64,000 nt of DNA from an uncultured Clostridia bacterium (GCA_937874195.1 CALNBM010000015.1:1275-65274); one strand, 5' to 3'; shown: positions 1 through 9,465, counted from the first letter of the stretch. The notes: generated by a model not told the origin, from the sequence alone. A program made the numbers and translations.

Positions 1-256
1 GAACTTCAACACTTTCGCTAATAACTGCTAAATAATCAATGTTTATATTTTTCGTTTCTTCCATAGAGGAAAAAAAGTAAAAATTTACTTCTCCAAAACC
101 ACCAAAAGACTGCACTTCTAACCTTTCTTTCGTGCAAATAATATAGCTAATGTTATTCGTAGGAAAATATAGCTTTTCTAAAATACTAAAATATTGCAAA
201 TTTGGTGTAAAAAAACTAACTACTAAAACTGTTAATGCTATTGATATTTTTCTCAT
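1..256 (-). CDS. hypothetical secreted/membrane protein, 5' part only (gene runs off left edge)
   Basis: ATG at 256..254 on the reverse strand. The frame stays open to base 1 (MRKISIALTVLVVSFFTPNLQYFSILEKLYFPTNN...) and the N-terminus is hydrophobic and signal-like. Not in the ORF track because no stop lies inside the window. Confidence 0.4.
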   Translation of the reverse strand, partial: MRKISIALTVLVVSFFTPNLQYFSILEKLYFPTNNISYIICTKERLEVQSFGGFGEVNFYFFSSMEETKNINIDYLAVISESVEV

Positions 257-743
257 GATTAATTGTTGTCTTTAAAACGCTATTCTATACTATAAAGTAA
301 TGTTTAAGCGATTTAAAATTATGATGATATTACAAAAATGGTTTTAAACACGAAAGAGCGATACCTTGTTTGTTTTTTAGTTTTGCCAAGTTATAGAAAT
401 CCAAATAAAATAAAGATAAAAACCGTTTTTATCATGTAAATTTTTAAGGTTTACAGTATTTCTTTTTGTTTTTATAAAACCGTTGCCTTTTGTTGGTATT
501 TATCAATTGTGTAAACATCTAAATTTATTATGAAAAAAAGTATTAACATTAATGTTTGCAACATGTAAAAACAAAAACCAAACTTAGTTTTGGTTTAAAC
601 CTACCAATCAAATTTATAATGTCTTTTAAAGTGCGAAACTTCTTACTGTTATAAAAGTAGTTTGGTTATTTTGTGGCTTAATTTTTCATTTAGCCTATTC
701 TAAACCAATTAATTATTAAATATTAATATATTAGGAGGATATA

Positions 744-1016
744 ATGGAAAAAACACAAAAAAATAACATTTCTACGAGTAAATTAATTTTAGAGAATCAA
801 AATAAAATTACTGTCACAGGAATAATAGAAATTCTTAGCTCGAATGATAATACCTTATTTGCAAAATTAAATAAAGGCAATATATATATTTATGGAAACG
901 GGATACATATAACAAAATTAGATATTGAACAAGGATTGCTTGAAGCGGAAGGAAATTTTAATCAAATAAAATACAATAATAAAAGTGATAATATCTTTAA
1001 AAGAATTTTTAGATGA
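744..1016 (+). CDS. yabP: sporulation protein YabP
   Basis: Track ORF of 90 aa with an AGGAGG RBS at 733..738. YabP-like small beta-rich sequence (ITVTGI..., GNGIHITKLDIEQGLLEAEG). ATGA stop/start overlap with the next gene. Gene order yabP-yabQ-divIC as in Bacillus and Clostridium. Confidence 0.75.
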   Translation: MEKTQKNNISTSKLILENQNKITVTGIIEILSSNDNTLFAKLNKGNIYIYGNGIHITKLDIEQGLLEAEGNFNQIKYNNKSDNIFKRIFR

Positions 1017-1381
1017 ATTTAATTAACAGCGGTCAACTTTCTTTATTTATTAAATTCTTAATTATTGGCGTTATACCTGCTATACTGCTTGGAGTAATCA
1101 ATTTTTTAAGTTTGTTTGTTAAGCAAAAAAAAATTTTTTTTGTTATTTTTGACATTATATTTTGTTTGTTTTTCACAGGCGTATTTTTGTTAACCGTTAA
1201 TTTTTTAAACTATGGCGAAATAAGATTATATTTATTGATTGCGTATATTTTAGGGTGCGTAATTGAACGAAAAACTATTGGAAAATTATTTGCTATACTT
1301 CACAAAATAATATATAATGCTATTAATAAAATTAGTAAAAAATTTAAACAATCAAAATTGTTTAAAATATTATGTAAATAA
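1013..1381 (+). CDS. yabQ: spore cortex biosynthesis protein YabQ
   Basis: Track ORF of 122 aa with several TM helices. Contains a YabQ-like NYGEIRLYLLIAYILG segment. Translationally coupled to yabP through the ATGA overlap. Confidence 0.65.
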   Translation: MNLINSGQLSLFIKFLIIGVIPAILLGVINFLSLFVKQKKIFFVIFDIIFCLFFTGVFLLTVNFLNYGEIRLYLLIAYILGCVIERKTIGKLFAILHKIIYNAINKISKKFKQSKLFKILCK

Positions 1382-1404
1382 TTAATTAGAGGTTTTTTAA
1401 GATT

Positions 1405-1683
1405 ATGGTAAACATTAATGAGAAAAAAGCAAAAACTATAATAATTATAACCACAGTGTTAGCCTTTTTGCTTGTTTTTGTTTTGGTTTTTCAATTTATA
1501 AGAATTAATAACCTAAAAAACCTAGAAGCTAATTTAACATACTCTCAATCTAATTTGCAAAAACAAATTGCTGATTTCTCTGCCGATATTGACAATATGA
1601 CTAGTAGAGAAAAAAATCTTGGAGAGTATGCACACAAATATTTAAACTGGACAAAAGCAGGCGAAACTTGGTATACAAGTTAA
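1405..1683 (+). CDS. divIC: septum formation initiator, FtsB/DivIC family
   Basis: Track ORF of 92 aa with one N-terminal TM helix followed by a short coiled-coil segment. Lies directly after yabP-yabQ. GAGGT RBS upstream. Confidence 0.6.
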   Translation: MVNINEKKAKTIIIITTVLAFLLVFVLVFQFIRINNLKNLEANLTYSQSNLQKQIADFSADIDNMTSREKNLGEYAHKYLNWTKAGETWYTS

Positions 1684-1711
1684 AACCTTAAATAAATTGC
1701 ACATAAAAAAT

Positions 1712-1746
1712 ATAAGTCGCTAGATTATGGTGACTTATTTTTTTTA
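1712..1746 (+). terminator. rho-independent terminator of the yabP-yabQ-divIC unit
   Basis: Stem ATAAGTC (1712..1718) pairs with GACTTAT (1732..1738) and is followed by a T9 run. Confidence 0.55.
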
Positions 1747-2206
1747 TACTTTTTGTTTTAGTAATAATACCTTAAAAATAGCTGATATTAGTAGTCTAAT
1801 CCACCAAATTTCATGTAGAAAAAAATAAACTTAATCCTTCACTTTATAAAAACATTTCGGTCGTTTTTTAACTAATTTTTTTAACTAATTTTTTTAACTT
1901 TTCAAGCATTTATCACAAAAAGTATTTAAAACATATAATGGATTAGCACAAGAATTTTTTGTGAATATTTTGATTTGTAATAACAAGTTTTTAAAAAAAT
2001 CATGTTCTTAAATCAAAAATTATGTTACTTAAAATTAATTGAATCTTTTTTATTTTTATTATTTTTTAAAATTATTTTAAAATTATAAAATAACATATAA
2101 TTAATATTTTCCTTTTTAAACTTCTCGCAAGCAATAAAATGCATTTTCATTACAAGATAATTTTTCGAATTTTATCTTAATTTATTACCTTTATTTTATA
2201 AAACCC

Positions 2207-2235
2207 TTGACAAATGTGATTAAATCCTATAAACT
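2207..2235 (+). promoter_or_regulatory. sigma-70-type promoter for tRNA-fMet (TTGACA-17-TAAACT)
   Basis: TTGACA at 2207..2212, a 17-nt spacer, then TAAACT at 2230..2235. This sits about 19 nt upstream of the mature tRNA 5' end. Confidence 0.5.
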
Positions 2236-2253
2236 ACTCATATAATAAAATAT

Positions 2254-2330
2254 CGCGGGATGGAGCAGTTGGCAGCTCGTCGGGCTCATAACCCGAAGGT
2301 CGTGTGGTTCAAGTCCCACTCCCGCTACCA
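2254..2330 (+). tRNA. initiator tRNA-Met (anticodon CAU)
   Basis: 77 nt, CGCGGGATGGAGCAGTTGGCAGCTCGTCGGGCTCATAACCCGAAGGTCGTGTGGTTCAAGTCCCACTCCCGCTACCA. Near-identical in layout to E. coli tRNA-fMet. The anticodon stem has three G-C pairs (GGG/CCC) flanking CTCATAA, positions 1:72 are mismatched (C1-U72), and the CCA end is encoded. Confidence 0.9.
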
Positions 2331-2344
2331 AAAAACAAATTAAA

Positions 2345-2368
2345 CCCTAATAACATAGGGCTTTTTTT
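2345..2368 (+). terminator. rho-independent terminator after tRNA-fMet
   Basis: CCCTA (2345..2349) pairs with TAGGG (2356..2360) and is followed by CTTTTTTT. Confidence 0.55.
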
Positions 2369-2692
2369 ATGCTTACTAAAACTATTGACCACATTATAAT
2401 TTTATTTATACTTTTTTCAATTATCATAATGAATAAAATTTAATATTTCCACTTAAAAAAGCATTGGAATGTTTTCATAAATTCTATTTATTACAATAAC
2501 GAAAGAATAAATTAAAATTTAACGATTAATATTTTTTACAATTTTATTTAATTTACTTTGTTAAAAGCAATTTATTTATAATTGAAATAAATAATCGTAA
2601 TAACTTTAAATCTAGCATATTTTTTCTCTTTAATGAAAGTAACATGTGTAAACTATAAATTAAAAACCTTAGCCTTTTATTAAAGAATAAAA

Positions 2693-2715
2693 AAGAAGGC
2701 ACTAACCTTCTTTTT
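2693..2715. terminator. bidirectional hairpin terminator
   Basis: AAGAAGG (2693..2699) pairs with CCTTCTT (2706..2712), with an A-run upstream and a T-run downstream. There is no ORF upstream on the + strand. It lies ~195 nt downstream of the minus-strand gene that ends at 2910. Confidence 0.45.
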
Positions 2716-2909
2716 GTTATTTAGACTTGATAAAATGCAACATTTAATTTGTTAATGATTTAATAATTTTTAAATAGTTTTTATAAACTTTTATTAAAAT
2801 CTTACAAATTAAAATACTATCTTCTTCTCGTTTACATTCGTATAGTAATCTAATAATTATGTCATATCTTTAAATACTTTTAACTTCTATTCAAATCTAT
2901 TCTAGACAA

Positions 2910-3536
2910 TTAGCGTTCCATTTCAGCATTTCTTTCTCTAACCAGATGAGATACATATATTGCTCGTTCAACATTTGTTAAATCCCCAATATTTTTTAGT
3001 TCTTCTCTTATTGAATCCAATGCAAAATCAGTTTTTTCGTTGCCTTTATTATAGGTAGTTTGAATAAGAGAAACATTTTCGTTATCATAACCTTTTTGAC
3101 TTGTAATACGTAAAGCATCGGTATGATGTTCGTCTCGTAGCTGTGGTGGCACTGGAAGTAAGCTTTCTGTGGATAATCTTTTATCTGTTACCACTAGCCC
3201 CTTTAAATCAAAACCATGACCCTTTTTTGTTACTGTTCCAGCTAAAACATCAAACACTGATTGATAGTATTGAGCAGGTAAAGCATATTCGTTAGATGTG
3301 ATATTTATTTGGTATTTTGCATCTTTTTTATTCCCATATTCGACAACACTAAAAGCAGTTTCAAATCCGTTTTTATGTCTAATAATAAAACTACCCTTAC
3401 CATTAGATATTATGGGACCAATATTTTTCATTTCCGCAGCAATACTACTCATTTTAACCAGGCTTTCCTGTACGCTTTCTTTTCTACCATCACCCGTTTG
3501 GAAATTACCAATAATTATTGATTCTTTATTTTTCAT
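2910..3536 (-). CDS. hypothetical protein, paralog 1 of a tandem pair
   Basis: The track ORF starts at GTG 3548. I prefer ATG 3536 (MKNKESIII...), which has a GAGGTG RBS 4 nt upstream. Shares conserved blocks with the neighbour 3626..4225 (KESV, GF.T.FSVVE, EYALPAQYY, VVTDK.LS, VS.IQT.Y.K). Confidence 0.65.
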   Translation of the reverse strand: MKNKESIIIGNFQTGDGRKESVQESLVKMSSIAAEMKNIGPIISNGKGSFIIRHKNGFETAFSVVEYGNKKDAKYQINITSNEYALPAQYYQSVFDVLAGTVTKKGHGFDLKGLVVTDKRLSTESLLPVPPQLRDEHHTDALRITSQKGYDNENVSLIQTTYNKGNEKTDFALDSIREELKNIGDLTNVERAIYVSHLVRERNAEMER

Positions 3537-3568
3537 AAAACACCTCACATATTTTATTTTATGTTTAC

Positions 3569-3597
3569 ATTATATGGTTACTTAACAATTTTGTCAA
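3569..3597 (-). promoter_or_regulatory. consensus sigma-70 promoter (TTGACA-17-TATAAT) for paralog 1
   Basis: Reverse strand reads TTGACA (3597..3592), spacer AAATTGTTAAGTAACCA, then TATAAT (3574..3569). Confidence 0.6.
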
Positions 3598-3625
3598 TAT
3601 ATTTTAAAATTACTTTTAAAAATGT

Positions 3626-4225
3626 TTATAGCTCTCTGCTCTTAAGTTTTTCTTCTCTTATATTCGCAGACACAATTTTTGCGTGGTTAACATCTGTTAA
3701 ATAAAAATCATTTGAATTATTTAATGCATCACTCATAAAATTTAAAGCCCATTCATTATCTTTCTTTTTGTAAGAAGTTTGAATAACAGAAACATTATTT
3801 TCAGCGCTGTTAATAATGCGAAAAGTAGCATTAGACAAATGTTCAAAAACATGTGGCATTGGAACTGAACTTTTCGATAGTTCTTTATCTGTTACCACTA
3901 TCCCTTCTAAATTAAAGCTATCATTATCGTTTATTATGGATTCCGAAAAGATATTAAACGCAATTTTATAATATTGAGCTGGAAGAGCATATTCACTAGA
4001 CGAAATATTAATTTTATACTCTTTCTTTCCTCTATCCTCACATTCGACAACACTAAAAACAGTATTGAATCCGCTTGGATGCGCAACGCAAAAAGCATCC
4101 TCGCTAATAGGAAATACATCATCTATACTTAAAGCAACATTCATCATTTTAGATAAGCGATTATGTACACTTTCTTTGCTAGCATCACTCGTATGAAAAC
4201 TACCAATCTTTGCAAAATTTTTCAT
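3626..4225 (-). CDS. hypothetical protein, paralog 2 of a tandem pair
   Basis: Track ORF of 199 aa. Clearly homologous to 2910..3536 along its whole length. No family recognised. Confidence 0.65.
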   Translation of the reverse strand: MKNFAKIGSFHTSDASKESVHNRLSKMMNVALSIDDVFPISEDAFCVAHPSGFNTVFSVVECEDRGKKEYKINISSSEYALPAQYYKIAFNIFSESIINDNDSFNLEGIVVTDKELSKSSVPMPHVFEHLSNATFRIINSAENNVSVIQTSYKKKDNEWALNFMSDALNNSNDFYLTDVNHAKIVSANIREEKLKSREL

Positions 4226-4254
4226 AGCATATATCTTCCTTTTACTTTTATGTA

Positions 4255-4283
4255 AGTATATGACAATTTAACAATTTTGTCAA
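4255..4283 (-). promoter_or_regulatory. sigma-70 promoter (TTGACA-17-TATACT) for paralog 2
   Basis: Reverse strand reads TTGACA (4283..4278), spacer AAATTGTTAAATTGTCA, then TATACT (4260..4255). The first 10 spacer bases are identical to those of the paralog-1 promoter. Confidence 0.6.
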
Positions 4284-4360
4284 GACTCATTTGAAATATT
4301 CTTTTAACTTTTGTTTGACATAAAATTTATTATGTTTTAAACTTCTTATTAGGAGTAATA

Positions 4361-6142
4361 ATGAAAGAAAGAAATGAAATAGATGAAAATTACAAATGGA
4401 ATCTAAAAGATATCTACAATAGCGAAAATGAACTTCAAGAAGATTTAATCAAAGTAAAACAAAGCATAGAAAAATTAGAAAATTTTAAAGGAAAATTAAA
4501 TAATAAAGAGAAATGTTTAGAGTTTTTTAACTTTTCAAAAGGCGTTTCTCTTATTTTTGACAAAGTGGCTTCTTATGCATATTTAAAACACAGTGAAGAT
4601 TTAGAGAAAACAAAGTATATTGAACTCTTAGCACAAGTGGAAATGCTATCTCATCAAATAGCTGTGAAACAATCTTTTGTTAGCCCTGAACTTTCAACAC
4701 TATCAAATGAAAGCATATATGAAATGATAGAAGATGAGCGTTTTAAAAATAATGTTTTAGGTTTAAAAGAAATAATCCGCAACAAACCACATATCCTAAC
4801 AGAAGCAGAAGAAACTATAATTTCAAAAACCAGTTTATTTTCAGGCGAATTTTCTGAGATTTTTGATATGTTTGATAGCGTTGATATCGTGATTGAAAAG
4901 GCTATGGATAGCAACGGCCAAAAACATAATGTGAGTCAAGCAAATATTAGTCTTCTATTAGAACAACCTGATAGGGTGCTTAGAAAAAACGCTTTTGAAA
5001 ATTTATATAAAGCCTTTATCGGCTTAAAAAACACTCTTGCAACCAATTATATTGCAAATGTTAAAAAAGACACCTCATTTAGCGATATATATAAGTTTAA
5101 TTCCACACTAGAGCGCCGTTTATTTGGTTTAAACGCAGATAAAAAAATATATGATAACTTAATTGAAAATGTAAACAAACACACTCCTCTTCTTCACCAA
5201 TACTTTCAATTAAAAAAGAAAATTCTCGCTTTTGACAAACTTCATTATTATGATATATATTTAAAATTAGGCAAGGTCACCAGAAGTTTTTCTTTTAAGG
5301 ACAGTCTTACTGTAATTAAAGAAGCATTGCATCCACTAGGGGAAGAATATGTTAACCTTGTAAATAAGAGCATAAGTGAGCGATGGATAGATATTTATCC
5401 AAACAAAAACAAATCAACTGGCGCTTTTTCAAGTGGACTTTATGGAGTGCACGCCTATGTGCTTTTAAACAATGTTGATAACTTAGATAGCGTTTTCACA
5501 ACCGCTCACGAATTAGGTCACGCTTTTCACACTTATTATAGTGATACAACTCAGCCTTATGAAACTTCTCATTATCCTATCTTTTTAGCAGAGGTTGCCA
5601 GCACTGCAAATGAGATTCTTTTAATCAAACATTTTTATAAAAATGCAACGAAAACTGACGAGAAAATTTTTTATCTTGATAAATATTTATCCATGTTTAA
5701 AAGCACACTTTTTCGCCAAACAATGTTTAGTGAGTTTGAGCAGTTTGCACATAGCCAAATTGAGAAAAAGCAACCGCTAAGCAAGGAAAAGTTAAAAGAT
5801 TACTACGCCAGTTTAAATAAAAAATATCACGGGAAAAGTCTTACTCATGCAAGTGAAATTGAATATGAGTGGTTAAGAATCCCACACTTTTTTAGAAGTT
5901 TTTACACTTATCAATATTCCACAGGCATTGTTGCTTCAATAAATTTAATGACTAATATTTTAGAAAAAAATAAGAACGCTGTTGAAAAATATACTAACTT
6001 TTTAAAAGCAGGCGGGAGCGACTACCCTGTTAATATTTTAAAAGAAGCTGGCGTTGATTTAACCACAAACCAACCATACGAATTAGCATTTAATGAAATG
6101 AAATGGGCTCTTGATGAATTAGAAAAATTAAGTGTAAAATAA
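4361..6142 (+). CDS. pepF: oligoendopeptidase F (M3B family)
   Basis: Track ORF of 593 aa with the HELGHAFH zinc-binding motif. Length and overall pattern fit PepF. AGGAG RBS upstream. Confidence 0.85.
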   Translation: MKERNEIDENYKWNLKDIYNSENELQEDLIKVKQSIEKLENFKGKLNNKEKCLEFFNFSKGVSLIFDKVASYAYLKHSEDLEKTKYIELLAQVEMLSHQIAVKQSFVSPELSTLSNESIYEMIEDERFKNNVLGLKEIIRNKPHILTEAEETIISKTSLFSGEFSEIFDMFDSVDIVIEKAMDSNGQKHNVSQANISLLLEQPDRVLRKNAFENLYKAFIGLKNTLATNYIANVKKDTSFSDIYKFNSTLERRLFGLNADKKIYDNLIENVNKHTPLLHQYFQLKKKILAFDKLHYYDIYLKLGKVTRSFSFKDSLTVIKEALHPLGEEYVNLVNKSISERWIDIYPNKNKSTGAFSSGLYGVHAYVLLNNVDNLDSVFTTAHELGHAFHTYYSDTTQPYETSHYPIFLAEVASTANEILLIKHFYKNATKTDEKIFYLDKYLSMFKSTLFRQTMFSEFEQFAHSQIEKKQPLSKEKLKDYYASLNKKYHGKSLTHASEIEYEWLRIPHFFRSFYTYQYSTGIVASINLMTNILEKNKNAVEKYTNFLKAGGSDYPVNILKEAGVDLTTNQPYELAFNEMKWALDELEKLSVK

Positions 6143-6174
6143 AAGCACCAGATAAAAAAACAAAAGGAAAACAA

Positions 6175-6855
6175 ATGAAAAATAAAATAATTTCGTTAGA
6201 AGGAACAGACTGTTCCGGTAAAACCACTCAACATCAATTATTATTAAACCGTTTAACTAATGAAGGTTTTAAAATTGAGCAATTTAAATTTCCGAATTAT
6301 GAATCACCCACGGGCAAAATAATTGGTGATTGTTATTTAGGAAGAAATGGTAAAACCGCATTTTTTAGTGAAGGAGCTAGCAATGTTAATCCGCGCGTGT
6401 CGGGACTATATTTCGCTGCAGACAGATTTTACAACCTTGAAAAAATGAATGAGAAACTAAAAAAAGGTCATTTGTTTTTAGATAGATATGTTGAAAGCAA
6501 CTTAGCATTTATGGGTGGAAAATATCTAGATAAGTCCAAACGCATCGAAATTTACAAATTTTTTGAACACTTAGAATATGGACTATTAAACTTGCCAAAG
6601 CCCAATATTAAAATTCTTCTTTATATGCCATTAGCGTTTAGTGAGATATTAAAAGAAAAGCGAAGCGAAACGGAAGAAGAAGACGAACACGAAAATAATA
6701 AAGCTTATAGAAAAAATGTTGAACAAGCATATTTAGAAGTGGCAAAAAGGCATAATTATCATATTTTGTCTTGCATTAAAGATAACAAGATTAGAACTAT
6801 TGAAGATATTCATGAAGAACTATATCAATATGTGCGTTCACAGATTACCAAATAA
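6175..6855 (+). CDS. tmk: thymidylate (dTMP) kinase
   Basis: Track ORF of 226 aa with P-loop EGTDCSGKTTQ and a DRY motif. AAGGAA RBS upstream. Confidence 0.8.
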   Translation: MKNKIISLEGTDCSGKTTQHQLLLNRLTNEGFKIEQFKFPNYESPTGKIIGDCYLGRNGKTAFFSEGASNVNPRVSGLYFAADRFYNLEKMNEKLKKGHLFLDRYVESNLAFMGGKYLDKSKRIEIYKFFEHLEYGLLNLPKPNIKILLYMPLAFSEILKEKRSETEEEDEHENNKAYRKNVEQAYLEVAKRHNYHILSCIKDNKIRTIEDIHEELYQYVRSQITK

Positions 6856-6992
6856 AAAATTATTCTTAAAAGCATTTATGTTTGTAAACAATAAAAATAA
6901 CAAAATAAACCCAAATTTAGAGAGTTTAAAAATCAATCAATAGTGCAGTCTTTTGTAAACCTTAATGGGAGATTTAGTGATTAATAAAAAGT

Positions 6993-7026
6993 AAAGATTT
7001 TACCCTTCGGTAAAATCTTTATTTTC
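6993..7026. terminator. bidirectional terminator between convergent tmk and the lipoprotein gene
   Basis: Perfect 12-bp stem: AAAGATTTTACC (6993..7004) pairs with GGTAAAATCTTT (7009..7020) around a CTTC loop. A/T runs on both sides. Confidence 0.7.
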
Positions 7027-7107
7027 GACATCCACTTAAAGAGCGTCAGTCAAAATTTAGATATTTTTTATATTTATTTATTACTTGATATCTCAATTTA
7101 ATTTTAA

Positions 7108-9465
7108 TTATGCTTCACCAACAAAATACATTGTGTATCTTGCATATTCTTCTTGGTTATTTTCAATAGTGTATGAAATATCAAGTTTCATTATTTGATT
7201 GGATGTTGTACCCGGTTTTTTATAAGTGAAATATATATTGCTTCTATCGTCCGCAGTATCATTTTTTATTCTTCTATATGAAATATTAACACCTTTTGCG
7301 GCATTCATTATTTCTTCAATTATTATATATTGAATATCACTCGTTATTCCATACACATCCGCTAAATTTTCAGAGGCAATTCTATCATATTCAACTTGGT
7401 TTAATTTTGCCCATTCCGCCTTTGTAAAAATAAAATATTCAATTTCACCCCCCTCTATCGTTTTAGAGGCAAACACAAGAGTGTCTTCTTTTATATCTGT
7501 TATTCTACTTATAAATCCTGATTCCGCAATTATATTAGTATTATTTACTTCAAATGTTATTGTGTTTTTAAATTCCAGCAAATAAGTTGCAAGGTATTCT
7601 AATTCATTTATGCTGGTTGCATGAAAATCATATATATTAGGCGATTTGCTATTTATAACGGCATTGCTCTTATAGTAAGAACCTTTCAAGTCAGCATTGT
7701 TTATAAATTCTAAATCTTTTAACGAGCTGATACTTAGATAATTGCTTTCACTTGAAAGTATACCAAACTTAACACCTAAATCTGAAACAGGCAAAACTTT
7801 TCTTTCTAACCATAATCTAGGAGGTAAAAACTCATTTGTTCTATCCTGTTGATTGAGAGTAAAAGTTGCTCCATAGGAACTAGAACCTTCAAATATTTCC
7901 GGATTTGATGTGTTGTTTCCTGTTAATATCCACCACCAGTACCCACCATAATTAATATTATCTGCACTAGAATTAATAACCGTTCCTCCTTGCACTATGT
8001 TTTTAATAAGTGAAGGTGAATAGTTTGGATATAGCATGGTTTGTCCAATAAGAGTATCGTTTTGTTTTGCTTGTTCTTTACTCATGCCCTGTATGTTATA
8101 TATATCTTTAAAATACGAAGAGTGGAAGAAAAACAAACCAACATTCACTTCTCTTGAAATTTGTTGAAATTCACTATAAGCTAATTTCAACTCAATATCA
8201 CCAACTGCTATACATGATTCGAAAACGCCTTTAATTGCGCTTCCCACAAAGCTTGCAACATAAATTTTAGGCTTCAATGGTGCTAAAAAAGGTTGTTCGT
8301 TTTCATATGCAATTAAAATATTTACTTTTGAAATATTTCTTAGTGCATAAGTATTAAAGCTAGAGCCAATCATTCCTCCCACACTAACTTCAGCAACCTC
8401 AACAATTTTGATATTGCCCTTGCTTTCATTGTAAAATAATGAACCGAAACTCTCGGCAACTAAACCACCCACTGCAATCGTGCAATCATTTCCCCCAAAT
8501 TCTTCACTTCTTGTTGCGATAATATCAATATCACTAACGCAGTGCTTAATTTCGCCTTGGCCTTGCAGTTGCCCTACAGTTCCACCAATTCTGCTTTTTG
8601 CTCGGTCGTCTACCGTGAAAATTAAATCAAGTTTAGAATTACAATCTTCAATAAAGCCGTTGGAAACGCCCGCAATACTTCCAATAAAATTCCAAATATA
8701 ATTAGAAACTTCACCTGCAATAATTGTTGTTGCGTTTGTTATCTCACTTCCCTTAGTAAGCGTACTTGCCACTCCACCAAAATTAAAAATCGATGAACTG
8801 TTAGGAACAGCGTTTATAGTATTTGTGTTTAAAACTCCCTCAATCGCCACATTAGAAATCTTGCTGACTGTTGAACCAATCAATAAAAAACTAAGATTTA
8901 AACTATTTGTGTGAACAATATTAAAACAACCTCTAACTTTAATATTATCAATTTCTGCAACATTACTAAGCACCGACATAGATGCATAGTTAGGTTGACT
9001 ATATTGCATACCTAAATAAAAGTTTGTGTCGAACACTTTACTTGCATCTTTGATTAATGCATATTCAAAATTATTTGCAAAACTGTCTAGTGTGAATTTA
9101 TATATTGATTTATTATTTCCGTATAAAATAGCACCTCCAAAATCCACGGGTTCTTCAAGTGGAATGTTTGAAAAGTCTAAATTTTTTGTTAGCCTATAAA
9201 CGATTTGTGGAGAATTTTCTTTATCAGATATTGCGATAAAATCTTCCACCGAATCAATATCGTTCACTGCAAAATCTTCACCAATTTCTCTATTGGAATT
9301 TGCAATATTTTCAAAAGGCTGTTCCCAAAAATCAATCACTCCATCGCTGTTTAAATCGTAAAGGCGAAGCAGTCGCTCTGTCTCGTTTTCTTCCGAACAA
9401 GCACAGCCCACAAAAAAAGCCAGTGCAACTATAAATATTGAAAAGATATATAGAAGTTTTTTCAT
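7108..9465 (-). CDS. large lipoprotein with GLUG-motif-like repeats and an N-terminal Ca-binding-like loop
   Basis: Track ORF of 785 aa. Signal peptide with lipobox (ALAFFVGC). DLNSDGVIDFWE resembles an EF-hand/dockerin loop. Units of the form (V/I)GG(L/M/T)(V/I)G...(I/F)..C/S recur (IGGTVGQLQGQGEIKHC, VGGLVAESFG, VGGMIGSSF). Confidence 0.6.
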   Translation of the reverse strand: MKKLLYIFSIFIVALAFFVGCACSEENETERLLRLYDLNSDGVIDFWEQPFENIANSNREIGEDFAVNDIDSVEDFIAISDKENSPQIVYRLTKNLDFSNIPLEEPVDFGGAILYGNNKSIYKFTLDSFANNFEYALIKDASKVFDTNFYLGMQYSQPNYASMSVLSNVAEIDNIKVRGCFNIVHTNSLNLSFLLIGSTVSKISNVAIEGVLNTNTINAVPNSSSIFNFGGVASTLTKGSEITNATTIIAGEVSNYIWNFIGSIAGVSNGFIEDCNSKLDLIFTVDDRAKSRIGGTVGQLQGQGEIKHCVSDIDIIATRSEEFGGNDCTIAVGGLVAESFGSLFYNESKGNIKIVEVAEVSVGGMIGSSFNTYALRNISKVNILIAYENEQPFLAPLKPKIYVASFVGSAIKGVFESCIAVGDIELKLAYSEFQQISREVNVGLFFFHSSYFKDIYNIQGMSKEQAKQNDTLIGQTMLYPNYSPSLIKNIVQGGTVINSSADNINYGGYWWWILTGNNTSNPEIFEGSSSYGATFTLNQQDRTNEFLPPRLWLERKVLPVSDLGVKFGILSSESNYLSISSLKDLEFINNADLKGSYYKSNAVINSKSPNIYDFHATSINELEYLATYLLEFKNTITFEVNNTNIIAESGFISRITDIKEDTLVFASKTIEGGEIEYFIFTKAEWAKLNQVEYDRIASENLADVYGITSDIQYIIIEEIMNAAKGVNISYRRIKNDTADDRSNIYFTYKKPGTTSNQIMKLDISYTIENNQEEYARYTMYFVGEA

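Noticed and set aside
1014-1016. Possible UGA reassignment. TGA stops are rare (yabP 1014..1016, trxA 22432..22434, addB 36991..36993, ORF 40464..40466), and the ones I checked are followed by an in-frame TAA within 1 to 18 codons.
   Set aside because: No conserved gene in the window contains an in-frame TGA. RF2 with an intact GGQ is encoded. Two of the four TGA codons are ordinary ATGA coupling overlaps. Rarity of TGA is expected in AT-rich genomes. The point is kept only as context for the RF2 finding.
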